Source of the DNA: a bacterium
GTDB lineage: Bacteria > UBA8248
Direction of reading: 5' to 3'
Assembly (NCBI GenBank): GCA_965213625.1
Contig: CBDBZU010000004.1
Span: 96,001-160,000, forward strand
DNA length: 64,000 bases
Made by a program: the position numbers and the translations under genes. This document shows, piece after piece, positions 31,227 to 39,738 of the stretch (its first letter is position 1; every line of letters starts with the position of its first letter). Below the pieces are notes generated by a model. The model made no database searches. It had not been told where the DNA came from and saw nothing but the letters and a program-made list of their open reading frames with translations.

Positions 31227-32387
31227 TCACTCTCCCCGGCGCTGCGAGAATTTTCTCCCGAATATACCCGAGGCGATCACGTTTCGCTGCGCCTGGGTGG
31301 TGCCGCCGCCGATGGTGAACATCCGCACGTCGCGCGCCATGCGTTCGATCGGCAGATCGCGCGAATAGCCCGCGGCCCCGAAAATCTGGAGTGCGTCGTT
31401 CGTCACCTTGATCGAGGCTTCCGCCGAAAACGTCTTGGCGATGGCGGCGAGGTGCATGTCGGGAAAGCCCGACTTTGGATCTTCTTGGACAGCCGCACGG
31501 TGGAGCAGGAGCCGAGCGGCGTCTAGCTGAATGCGTCCATCCGCCAGAATCCACTGAAGCCCCTGGAATTCCGATATCGGGCGCCCGAACTGCTCGCGCT
31601 TTTTTGCATATTCCACCGCCTGCGCAAATGCGCCTTCGGCAAGGCCCAATGCCACCGTGCCGGCCCCCACCCTTTGGGCGTTATAAGCGGCCATCAGGCG
31701 GCCGAAGCCCACCGTCACCAGGTTTTCACTCGGCACACGGCAGTTCTCGAAAATTTCCTCGCTCTCAGGAATTCCTCTCAAACCCATCATGAAGGCGCGC
31801 TCCCCGATGCGGAAGCCCTCTGTTCCCAATTCCACGATCAGCGCACCGATTCCCTGCTCGTCCCCCCCGTGCACCACGCGGGCGAACACGAGGTTGATGT
31901 GGGAGACGCCCGCGCCGGTAATCCACTTCTTCTTGCCGTTCAGGATGTATTCATCGCCGTCGAGCACGGCCCGCGTCGTCATGTCGGTGGCGGCGCTGCC
32001 CGCTTCGGGCTCGGTAATGACGATGGCGGGCTTATCCCCCTGGAGCACCATGGGCAGATACTTCTTCTTCTGCTCCTCGGTCCCGTATTTGATGATCGCC
32101 CCCACCACGCCCATGTTGCTGTCCACCACGATGCGCCCCGTGATGCCGCAGACCTTGGCCATCTCCTCCACCACCAAAACAGCCTCGATGAGCGGGCGTT
32201 CGGGGCCGCCGAATTCCTTGGGGATGTTCATGCCCATAAAGCCTGCATCTGCGAGAATTCGGGCGTTCTCCCAGGGGTATTCCTCGGTCTGGTCCCAGAA
32301 CGCCGCTTTGGGCGCTATCTTGCTGGTGGCGATTTCGCGGGCTTTTTTCTGGATTTCCCGTTGAGAGTCGGTGAGGTCGAAGTCCAC
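31227..32387 (-). CDS. acdA: 3-sulfinopropionyl-CoA desulfinase-like protein (acyl-CoA dehydrogenase fold)
   Basis: Close match, from memory, to AcdA signature segments: EEYPW.N, GRIVVDSN.G, GDKPAI.ITEP.AGSAA, KWITG.GVS, MG.RGIPE, LM.AYNAQRVGAG.VALG, RMFTI.GGT. No ACAD catalytic Glu. Confidence 0.8.
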   Translation of the reverse strand: MDFDLTDSQREIQKKAREIATSKIAPKAAFWDQTEEYPWENARILADAGFMGMNIPKEFGGPERPLIEAVLVVEEMAKVCGITGRIVVDSNMGVVGAIIKYGTEEQKKKYLPMVLQGDKPAIVITEPEAGSAATDMTTRAVLDGDEYILNGKKKWITGAGVSHINLVFARVVHGGDEQGIGALIVELGTEGFRIGERAFMMGLRGIPESEEIFENCRVPSENLVTVGFGRLMAAYNAQRVGAGTVALGLAEGAFAQAVEYAKKREQFGRPISEFQGLQWILADGRIQLDAARLLLHRAAVQEDPKSGFPDMHLAAIAKTFSAEASIKVTNDALQIFGAAGYSRDLPIERMARDVRMFTIGGGTTQAQRNVIASGIFGRKFSQRRGE

Positions 32388-32498
32388 CTCGGCCTCCTTT
32401 CAGTGATAGTGGAGGAAGGCTTGCGAGAATCCGTTATGCAACGACTCGCACGAGCGCGCAAGGGGGGAGTGGGAACCAGCGGGGTGACCCCCTAGGAT

Positions 32499-32581
32499 TG
32501 TAGTTGGGACAACCCTTTTGGGTTGTCCTGCCCCCTATAATTGTCCTTCACGAGGACAGGCACAGGGGCCTGTCCCTACGG
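32499..32581. repeat. REP-like palindrome pair (GTAG family)
   Basis: GGACAACCC-TTTT-GGGTTGTCC hairpin, plus GGACAGGC...GCCTGTCCCTAC, which reads GTAGGGACAGGC... on the minus strand. Confidence 0.55.
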
Positions 32582-32604
32582 AATACGTATGGCCAACCCA
32601 TCTC

Positions 32605-33360
32605 CTACTTCCCCGTAAATCGCGGCGGTCTTTTCTCCTTGAAGGCGCGTACGCCTTCTCCTGCGTCCTCGGTCTCCAGAAGGCGTTTCAGGATCACGTC
32701 GCCGAAGCGAAGGGCGTCTTCCATCGTCATGTCGCGCGCGCGAACGGTGATCTCCTTGATGGCGCGCACCGCAAGCGGCGCGTTCGCCAGGACCTGCCGC
32801 GCGATTTTCTCGGTCTCCTCCAGTACTTTCTCTTTCGGCACCACCTTGTTTACGAGGCCGAGCCTGAGCGCGGTTTCGGCATCGATGGGCTCGCCGGTGA
32901 ACAAATGGTAGTGCGCGAGATTGAAGGGCAGTTGCTTCGCCAACAGAATCGGCCCGCTGACGGAAGAGATGCCGCGCATCACCTGGGGCCAGCCGAGTTG
33001 GGTATCCTCGGCCATCACGCGCACGTCGCAGGAGAGCGCGATGCCTGCCCCGCCCGCCAGACAAAACCCGTTGATCGCCGCGAAGCAGGGCTTAAAAAGC
33101 TCCATGATGACCTGATAGAGGTCGGAAACGGGTTTCACTTCCCTGTCCTCGGGCGGCGGCTCGGTGAGGTCGTGCCCACTGGAGAAGGCCTTTCCGTTTC
33201 CCGTAATCAGACAACCCCACACATTTGGATCGCGCTCCATCTCGTCGAAGAGCGCGAAAATGCGCTCGCTCATCTCGTGGTTGATCGCGTTCATCTTCTC
33301 CGGCCTGTTCAGCGTGATGCAGGCCAGCTTGTCTCTCACTTCATATTCGATCAGCGCCAT
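32605..33360 (-). CDS. Crotonase (enoyl-CoA hydratase/isomerase) superfamily protein
   Basis: ITLNRPEKMNA, FSSGHDL, KP..AAING..LAGG and AFKEKRPP.F motifs. Both usual catalytic Glu positions are substituted. Confidence 0.9.
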   Translation of the reverse strand: MALIEYEVRDKLACITLNRPEKMNAINHEMSERIFALFDEMERDPNVWGCLITGNGKAFSSGHDLTEPPPEDREVKPVSDLYQVIMELFKPCFAAINGFCLAGGAGIALSCDVRVMAEDTQLGWPQVMRGISSVSGPILLAKQLPFNLAHYHLFTGEPIDAETALRLGLVNKVVPKEKVLEETEKIARQVLANAPLAVRAIKEITVRARDMTMEDALRFGDVILKRLLETEDAGEGVRAFKEKRPPRFTGK

Positions 33361-33383
33361 GTCGTTCTCTCCGTTTCATGTGT

Positions 33384-34172
33384 CTAGCCGCCCGGCAGAT
33401 GCGGCATCAGTTCATCGAGCGTCTTGACTTCCAGGTCCGCCGTCACGTCCGGGTCCCCGGCAATCACGCCCCAGCGGTTCACCCATACAGTGTCCATGCC
33501 CACCTTCTGGCCGCCCGCGATGTCCGTTCTCAGATTGTCCCCCACCATCACGGCGTGGCGCGCCTCCACGCCCAGTTCAGCGAGCGCTTCTTCAAAGAGA
33601 AAAGGCTCGGGCTTCCCGAAAAACACCGGCTCCCGGCCAGCCGCCGCCTGAACCGACGCCATGATGGCGCCCCCGCCGAGAGAGAATGAACCGTCCTCGC
33701 TCGGCAATCGAACGTCGGGGTTCATGGCAACGAAATGCGCTCCCCGGCTCACCGCCCGCGCGGCTGCGCTCAGTGTCCGGTAGGTGAGATCCTCATCGAG
33801 ACCGACAAGCACAACATCGGCCTCATCTTCTTCGTCATGCCCCAGTATCTCGAATCCGCCCGATGCGACCGCACGTTTAAGCGAATCCGTCCCCAGCACA
33901 TACGCCCTTCCCGAGCCGAAGTTCTTCCTCAAAAACGAGCCGACCCGGTCCAGCGCGGCCACGATGAGGTTCTCCCCCGGGTCCAAGCCGATTCCCGCCA
34001 TGTGGGCGCGAATTTCCGCAGCCGTGCTGCGGCTGATGTTCGTGATGAAGCGATGGGGGAGGTTTCTCGACTTGATGGCCCGCATCAACTCCCGCCCGCC
34101 GGACATCACCTCGTCTCCGGCGAAGAAGACCCCTTCCAGGTCGAACACGAAAGCCTTTTTGTCATGAAACAT
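33384..34172 (-). CDS. HAD subfamily IIA hydrolase (NagD-like)
   Basis: FDLEGV, FITN, NPD, GKP and VGDNLRTDI motifs. Confidence 0.88.
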   Translation of the reverse strand: MFHDKKAFVFDLEGVFFAGDEVMSGGRELMRAIKSRNLPHRFITNISRSTAAEIRAHMAGIGLDPGENLIVAALDRVGSFLRKNFGSGRAYVLGTDSLKRAVASGGFEILGHDEEDEADVVLVGLDEDLTYRTLSAAARAVSRGAHFVAMNPDVRLPSEDGSFSLGGGAIMASVQAAAGREPVFFGKPEPFLFEEALAELGVEARHAVMVGDNLRTDIAGGQKVGMDTVWVNRWGVIAGDPDVTADLEVKTLDELMPHLPGG

Positions 34173-34182
34173 GACGGGCCCC

Positions 34183-35391
34183 TTAAATCGCCTTGCGTGC
34201 TTTCAGCCTTTCGATTTCCTCATCACTCAGATCGAGCACTTCCATGAGCACTTCTTCGGTGTGCTCGCCCATCAGGGGAGGCGCCGAGGGCGTCGCACCC
34301 CAGGTACCCTCCATCTTGATAGGCGTGTTGAACGTGCGCATCTCGCCGAGTTCGGGGTGGGTCATCTCCACCACCATCTCTCGCGAGCGCGTCTGAGGAT
34401 CGTTGAGCGCTTCGTCGATGCTCTGGATCGGCCCGCAGGGAACGCCGTGCGCCTCGATTCTCTCTATCCAGTGTGCGGCGGTGTTCGTCTTGTAGACTTC
34501 CGATAGCTTGTCGTCCACATATTCTCGATTCTCGAGGCGGGTGGGGCGATCCTTCATCCTCGGGTCGTCCTTCCATTCGGGATGACCCAGCGCGTCGCAA
34601 AGACCATCGAAGAAATGATCCAGAATGGCGTCGAGCACGAGCCACTTGCCGTCCCCGCACTGGTACGCGCCGATGGGAACGGCGGATGCGTGGCCCGTGC
34701 CCATCGGCTTGGCCACGTCGCCCGCCGTCAGATAGTACTGCGAACGGTAGCTTGCGAGATACAACTGGGAATCCAAGAGCGAGACGTCCACCTTCTGGCC
34801 CACACCCGTCCGCTCGCGCTTGTATAATGCCGCCAGAATCCCGTGGGCGGCGAACATGCCCCCGCCCATGTCACCCATGGGAACGCCCAGGCGCACAGGC
34901 GGCCTGCCCGGCTCCCCTGTGAAACTCATGATGCCGCCTCGCCCCTGGATGATGAGGTCGAGCGCGGGCTTATCCTTCTGGGGGCCGGTGAGGCCGTAGC
35001 CGGTGACGGAGGCGCTGATGATGCGCGGATTCACTTTCTTGAGCGTTTCATAATCCGCGCCCAGACGCTCCAAGACGCCGGGGCGATAGTTGTCATAGAC
35101 GACGTCGGAGCGCTTCACCATCTCGCAAAAGACGCGATAGCCCTCCTCGTCCTTCAGATTCAGGAAAATGCCCCGCTTGTTCCTGTTGAGCGCGATGAAA
35201 TAGGCGCTCGTCTCCCCCACGTAGTGCGGCGGCATGGTGCGGACGAGGTCGCCCCTGCCCGGCACTTCTATCTTGATGACGTCCGCACCCAGATCGGCCA
35301 GCACCATGCTGCCGTAAGGACCTGCAAGCAGGGCGGAAAGATCGAGTATGCGCACGCCCTCCAGCGGCTTTTCCAAAACTGATTCCCCCAC
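34183..35391 (-). CDS. CoA-transferase family III (CaiB/BaiF)
   Basis: LAGPY...LADLGADVIKIE, NRNKR, NYRPG and ALDLIIQ motifs. Confidence 0.93.
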   Translation of the reverse strand: MGESVLEKPLEGVRILDLSALLAGPYGSMVLADLGADVIKIEVPGRGDLVRTMPPHYVGETSAYFIALNRNKRGIFLNLKDEEGYRVFCEMVKRSDVVYDNYRPGVLERLGADYETLKKVNPRIISASVTGYGLTGPQKDKPALDLIIQGRGGIMSFTGEPGRPPVRLGVPMGDMGGGMFAAHGILAALYKRERTGVGQKVDVSLLDSQLYLASYRSQYYLTAGDVAKPMGTGHASAVPIGAYQCGDGKWLVLDAILDHFFDGLCDALGHPEWKDDPRMKDRPTRLENREYVDDKLSEVYKTNTAAHWIERIEAHGVPCGPIQSIDEALNDPQTRSREMVVEMTHPELGEMRTFNTPIKMEGTWGATPSAPPLMGEHTEEVLMEVLDLSDEEIERLKARKAI

Positions 35392-35407
35392 GAAAGATGC
35401 GCCGCCG

Positions 35408-35821
35408 CTAAACCGCGCCGGCAGCTGCGTTGTTCCTGATGTATGAGACGACTTCGGTCATTTCCGCATGGTGGTTGAAGACTTCAGCGACGCCTAAGGA
35501 TTTAAGCCCCGCTACGTCACGCTCGAGAATGTTCCCGCCAAAGATAACGAGGCAATCATCGAGGTCCTCTTCCTTGATTCTCGCCATGAGCCTGCGCGCA
35601 ACCCCCATGTAGGAGCCAGAAAGGATGCTCAGGCCGATGACGTCCACGTTCTCCTGGATCGCGACGGCGATAATCTGCTCGACCGTCTGACGAAGCCCTG
35701 AATAGATCACCTCCATGCCGGCGTCTCTCAACGCGTGGATGATGACCTTGACCCCCCTGTCGTGCCCGTCGAGACCCGGTTTCGCCATCAGCACCCGTAT
35801 GCGCTTATTTGTGTTCATCAT
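35408..35821 (-). CDS. Cobalamin-binding small subunit of an acyl-CoA mutase
   Basis: KPGLDGHDRG (DxHxxG), SILSG and FGG motifs; start overlaps the large-subunit stop. Confidence 0.94.
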   Translation of the reverse strand: MMNTNKRIRVLMAKPGLDGHDRGVKVIIHALRDAGMEVIYSGLRQTVEQIIAVAIQENVDVIGLSILSGSYMGVARRLMARIKEEDLDDCLVIFGGNILERDVAGLKSLGVAEVFNHHAEMTEVVSYIRNNAAAGAV

Positions 35822-37470
35822 CAAACGACCGACGGCTCCACGTAGGCCCCGAAAGCGCCGCGCATCACTCCTGTCATCTCCCCCACGGTGAGACGCGCGC
35901 GTGCGGACTCCATGAGATAAGGCACCAGATTCTCTTTCGATTCGCACGCCCTGGCCAGCTTTTCGAGTTGCGCAGCCACCTCGCCCGCATTGCGGGCGGC
36001 CTTCACTCGCGCGAGACGCTCTTTTTGTTTTTCGAGCGCCGAATCGTCCACCTCGTAGAGGCCCTCGCCCGCGCTCATGCGGTCTTCCTCTTCAGAAGTA
36101 AACTTGTTCACCCCCACCCACACCTGCTCGCCATCGGCGATCTTTCGCTGATGCTCATAGGCCTGCCGCGCGAGCAGCCTCTGAATTTCGCCGCTCTCGA
36201 TGAAGGGAACGATCCCTCCGCGCGATTCGTAATCATCCACGATGGCCTGAATCTCCTCTTCCACCTGTCCCGTCACGGCTTCCACCGCATAGCTGCCCGC
36301 CAGGGGGTCCACGGTGTCGGCCACGCCACTCTCATGGGCGATGACCTGCTGAATGCGCAGCGCCGTGCGGATGGACTCGTCCGAGGGAATCTCAAAAGCC
36401 TCGTCGAAACACGCCATGTTCACCGAGCGCGTGCCCCCCATGACAGCGGCCAGTGTGTAGAGCGTCTGGCGCACGATGTTGTTGAGCGGCTCGCGCGCCG
36501 CCATGCGGCTGCCGCAATTGCCGGTCGAGAACTTGAGCTGCATGGTTTTGGGGTTTTTCGCGCCGTATTTCTCCTTCATCGTGCGCGCCCAAATGCGCCG
36601 CGCCGCGCGCAGCTTGCCGATGGATTCGAGCAGGTTGAACGGTCCGACGCCGCCGCCGACCGAGAGGTGAAACGACATCGTGGGCACGAAGTCATCCACG
36701 TGGAGGCCGCGCCCGGTCAGCTCTCGTATGTAGGCCAGCGCGTTCAGGATGGGAAAGGCGACGTCCTGCGCGAGGGTGGCGCCCGTCTCGGCGATGTGGG
36801 TTGCCGAGACGCTGATGGCGTTCACCCGCGGGCAGTGCTTCGCGTTGTACTCGATGATATCGGCCACCAGGCGCATGGAGGGTCTCGGGGGGAATATCCA
36901 CGTTCCCCGGCCGATGTATTCCTTGAGCATGTCATTCTGGAAGGTGCCGCGCAGCTTATCGAGCGCGACTCCCTGGCGCTCGGCGGCGATGAGCCAGAAC
37001 GCCTGGATAATGGCGGCTGTGGAGTTGATGGTGTGAGAGACGCTTACCTTATCGAGCGGTATCCCGTCGAAGACGTCCGCCATGTCCTGGGCGGTATCCA
37101 CGGCGACGCCCAAGCGGCCCACGTCGTCCTGCGCCGTCTCGTCGTCCGAATCCAGGCCGAGTTGCGTGGGCAGATCGTAAGCCATGGAGAGGCCCGTCTG
37201 GCCGTTTCCGAGCAGGAAGTGGAACCGCGCGTTGGTGTCCGCAGAGGTGGAAAAACCCGCGTACTGGCGCATCGTCCACAGCGAACCCCTGTACATCGTG
37301 GGGTATATGCCCCGCGTATAGGGGTATTCCCCCGGCGCGCCGAGCTTTTCCCGATATTCCTCATCCGGCGCGTCCGGCCCATAGACCACGGGCACGGGCT
37401 TGCCCGAGTTGTAGGCCGCTTCGCGGATGGGACGCTCTTTTTTCGCGCCGTTATCCTTGGGCTTAGCCAT
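35821..37470 (-). CDS. Methylmalonyl-CoA mutase-family large (substrate-binding) subunit, divergent active site
   Basis: PGEYPYTRG, WTMRQYAGF, GLSMAYDLPTQ, QND.LKEY and DPLAGSY motifs. Confidence 0.93.
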   Translation of the reverse strand: MAKPKDNGAKKERPIREAAYNSGKPVPVVYGPDAPDEEYREKLGAPGEYPYTRGIYPTMYRGSLWTMRQYAGFSTSADTNARFHFLLGNGQTGLSMAYDLPTQLGLDSDDETAQDDVGRLGVAVDTAQDMADVFDGIPLDKVSVSHTINSTAAIIQAFWLIAAERQGVALDKLRGTFQNDMLKEYIGRGTWIFPPRPSMRLVADIIEYNAKHCPRVNAISVSATHIAETGATLAQDVAFPILNALAYIRELTGRGLHVDDFVPTMSFHLSVGGGVGPFNLLESIGKLRAARRIWARTMKEKYGAKNPKTMQLKFSTGNCGSRMAAREPLNNIVRQTLYTLAAVMGGTRSVNMACFDEAFEIPSDESIRTALRIQQVIAHESGVADTVDPLAGSYAVEAVTGQVEEEIQAIVDDYESRGGIVPFIESGEIQRLLARQAYEHQRKIADGEQVWVGVNKFTSEEEDRMSAGEGLYEVDDSALEKQKERLARVKAARNAGEVAAQLEKLARACESKENLVPYLMESARARLTVGEMTGVMRGAFGAYVEPSVV

Positions 37471-37658
37471 CGTCTACTCCCGCGCAAGGGACCACAAAAC
37501 CACTCTCATATGAGAACGAAAAGTAGCAGAAATTCTCCCTATTGATTATCACACTCTCCCCCCAAGGCCAACGAGAGGGACCTGCGCCCATTGACCCGGA
37601 ACGCCCCGGTGGAGAGAATCGAGAAAAACCCGACACCCCTAAAAAGGAGAACCTAAAC

Positions 37659-38438
37659 ATGAGTCAAACTCTATTCGATCTGAGCGGTGCGAAGGCGCTC
37701 ATTACAGGCGCCGCGCGCGGCATCGGACGTACGCTGGCCGAGGGCTTCGCCGCCGCGGGTGCTGACGTCGCCATCGCGGACATCGACATCGAACCCGCCG
37801 GCGAGGCGAAGGAAGCCATCGAGGGCATGGGCCGCAAGTGCGCGCTCATCCAGGCCGACGTGACCAACATGGAATCGGCCGAGCGCATGGTGATAGAAGC
37901 CGCTGCAGCATTGGGCGGCCTGACCATTCTGGTGAACAACGCGGGCACGAACGTGCGGAAAACGCTCTGGGACATCAGCGAGGCGGACTGGGACAGGATC
38001 CTCGACCTGAACCTGAAGAGCATCTTCTTCATCACGCGGCGGGCGGGTGAGGAGATGAAGAAATCGGGCGGCGGCAAGGTGATCAACATCTCATCCTTGA
38101 TGGGCTGGTCCGTCTTCAGGAACCCCCGGCAACAGTGCTACGGACCTTATACGTCCTCGAAGAGCGGCCTCATCGGCCTGACGCGCGTTTTCGCCCGCGA
38201 GTATGCGACGGACAACATCCAGGTGAACGCCATCTGCCCCACCTTCATCGAGACGGAGCTCACCGCTTCCCTGCAGGAAGACGAACTCATCTACGACGCC
38301 ATCTGCGAGAGAACGCCCATGGGCCGATTCGGACAGATGAGCGAACTGGTGGGGCCGGCCATCTTCCTGGCTTCCGAGGCAAGCAGCCTCGTTACCGGCA
38401 CATCGCTCCTGGTGGACGGCGGGTGGTATGCCACCTGA
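37659..38438 (+). CDS. SDR-family oxidoreductase
   Basis: TGAARGIG, NNAG and YTSSK motifs; AAGGAG RBS before ATG 37659. Confidence 0.92.
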   Translation: MSQTLFDLSGAKALITGAARGIGRTLAEGFAAAGADVAIADIDIEPAGEAKEAIEGMGRKCALIQADVTNMESAERMVIEAAAALGGLTILVNNAGTNVRKTLWDISEADWDRILDLNLKSIFFITRRAGEEMKKSGGGKVINISSLMGWSVFRNPRQQCYGPYTSSKSGLIGLTRVFAREYATDNIQVNAICPTFIETELTASLQEDELIYDAICERTPMGRFGQMSELVGPAIFLASEASSLVTGTSLLVDGGWYAT

Positions 38439-39681
38439 AGAGGGAGAGCGCGTTCTCCTGTTGATGACGACGGCCACCTACCGCGCGTCCGCCTACATGG
38501 CGGCTGCTCAGGAGATGGGCGTGCGGGTCACGGTGGGAACCGACCGGCCCGACCTTCTGGCCGAGTTGAACCCGGGCGGCTCCATTACGCTCGATTACAA
38601 CGAACCCGAAGCGGGCGCGGCCTTTATCAGCTCGTTCGCAAGTCAGTTTCCGCTCGACGCGATAGCGCCTGTGGACGACGACACGCTCATCTTGGGCGCG
38701 ATGGCCGCCGAAGCGCTGGGGCTGCCTTACCACCCCGTTGAGGCCTCCCGAACGACGCGAAGCAAGTACGAACTCAGAAAAGTACTCTCGGAAGAGGGTC
38801 TGCCCTCGCCCTCGTTCCGCCTGGTTTCCGCGCAGGAGGAACCGGAGAAAATTGCAGAGGGCATCCGCTATCCCTGCGTGCTCAAGCCTACCTTTCTCGC
38901 CGCCAGCCGGGGCGTGATTCGCGCGAACGACGAAGCCGAATTCGCAGATGCCTACCGCCGGGTCGGCGCGATACTCGAAGATCCAGAAACCATCGCCCGC
39001 GGCGGCACCGAGGCGGGGATGATCCTGGTGGAGGATTACCTTGAGGGCATTGAAGTGGCGGTCGAAGGCCTCGTCGTCCGTGGTGAGGTGCACATTCTCG
39101 CGATTTTCGACAAGCCCGATCCGCTCGAAGGTCCTTTTTTCGAGGAAACCATCTACGTCACGCCCTCAAGACTGCCGGATGAGACGCAAAACCGTATCCG
39201 CGAGGAAACCGCCCGCGCCGCCCGCGCCATCCGCCTGCGTGAGGGGCCCCTCCATGCGGAGCTGAGAATCAACGATGCGGGCGAAATCCGGGTGATCGAC
39301 GTGGCGAGCCGCTCCATCGGCGGAAAATGCTCGGGCGCGCTCGAGTTCGGGGGCGGCACCTCGCTCGAATGCCTCATCCTCTCCCAGGCGCTGGGCGTTG
39401 CGCCCCCCTCCATGGAGCGTGAGAAAACCGCATCCGGCGTCATGATGATCCCCATACCCGGCGAGGGGGTGCTCAAGAGGGTAGACGGCAAAGAGGAGGC
39501 CCTGGCCGTGCCCGGAATCGTGGAGGTCGACATATCCATCCACATCGGCGGGCGCGTCGTACCGCTGCCCGAGGGAGAGAGATATCTGGGTTTCATCTTC
39601 GCCAAGGGAGAGCAGCCCGAAGAGGTGGAAGCCGCCCTCCGCGCGGCGCATGAGAAACTCCGCTTCGATATCGGAGAATAG
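38428..39681 (+). CDS. ATP-grasp domain ligase
   Basis: YPCVLKP...AASRGV, VEDYLEG.E and HAELR motifs; overlaps the SDR stop. Confidence 0.88.
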   Translation: MPPEEGERVLLLMTTATYRASAYMAAAQEMGVRVTVGTDRPDLLAELNPGGSITLDYNEPEAGAAFISSFASQFPLDAIAPVDDDTLILGAMAAEALGLPYHPVEASRTTRSKYELRKVLSEEGLPSPSFRLVSAQEEPEKIAEGIRYPCVLKPTFLAASRGVIRANDEAEFADAYRRVGAILEDPETIARGGTEAGMILVEDYLEGIEVAVEGLVVRGEVHILAIFDKPDPLEGPFFEETIYVTPSRLPDETQNRIREETARAARAIRLREGPLHAELRINDAGEIRVIDVASRSIGGKCSGALEFGGGTSLECLILSQALGVAPPSMEREKTASGVMMIPIPGEGVLKRVDGKEEALAVPGIVEVDISIHIGGRVVPLPEGERYLGFIFAKGEQPEEVEAALRAAHEKLRFDIGE

Positions 39682-39687
39682 GCCCAA

Positions 39688-39719
39688 AGAAAAAAGGCCG
39701 GCCAAGAGGCCGGCCCTTC
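39688..39719 (-). terminator. Intrinsic terminator downstream of nfuA (between convergent genes)
   Basis: GGCCGGCC stem pair flanked on the left by an A-run, which is a U tract on the minus strand. Confidence 0.65.
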
Positions 39720-39738
39720 ATCTTCCAGTGAGGAAAAC

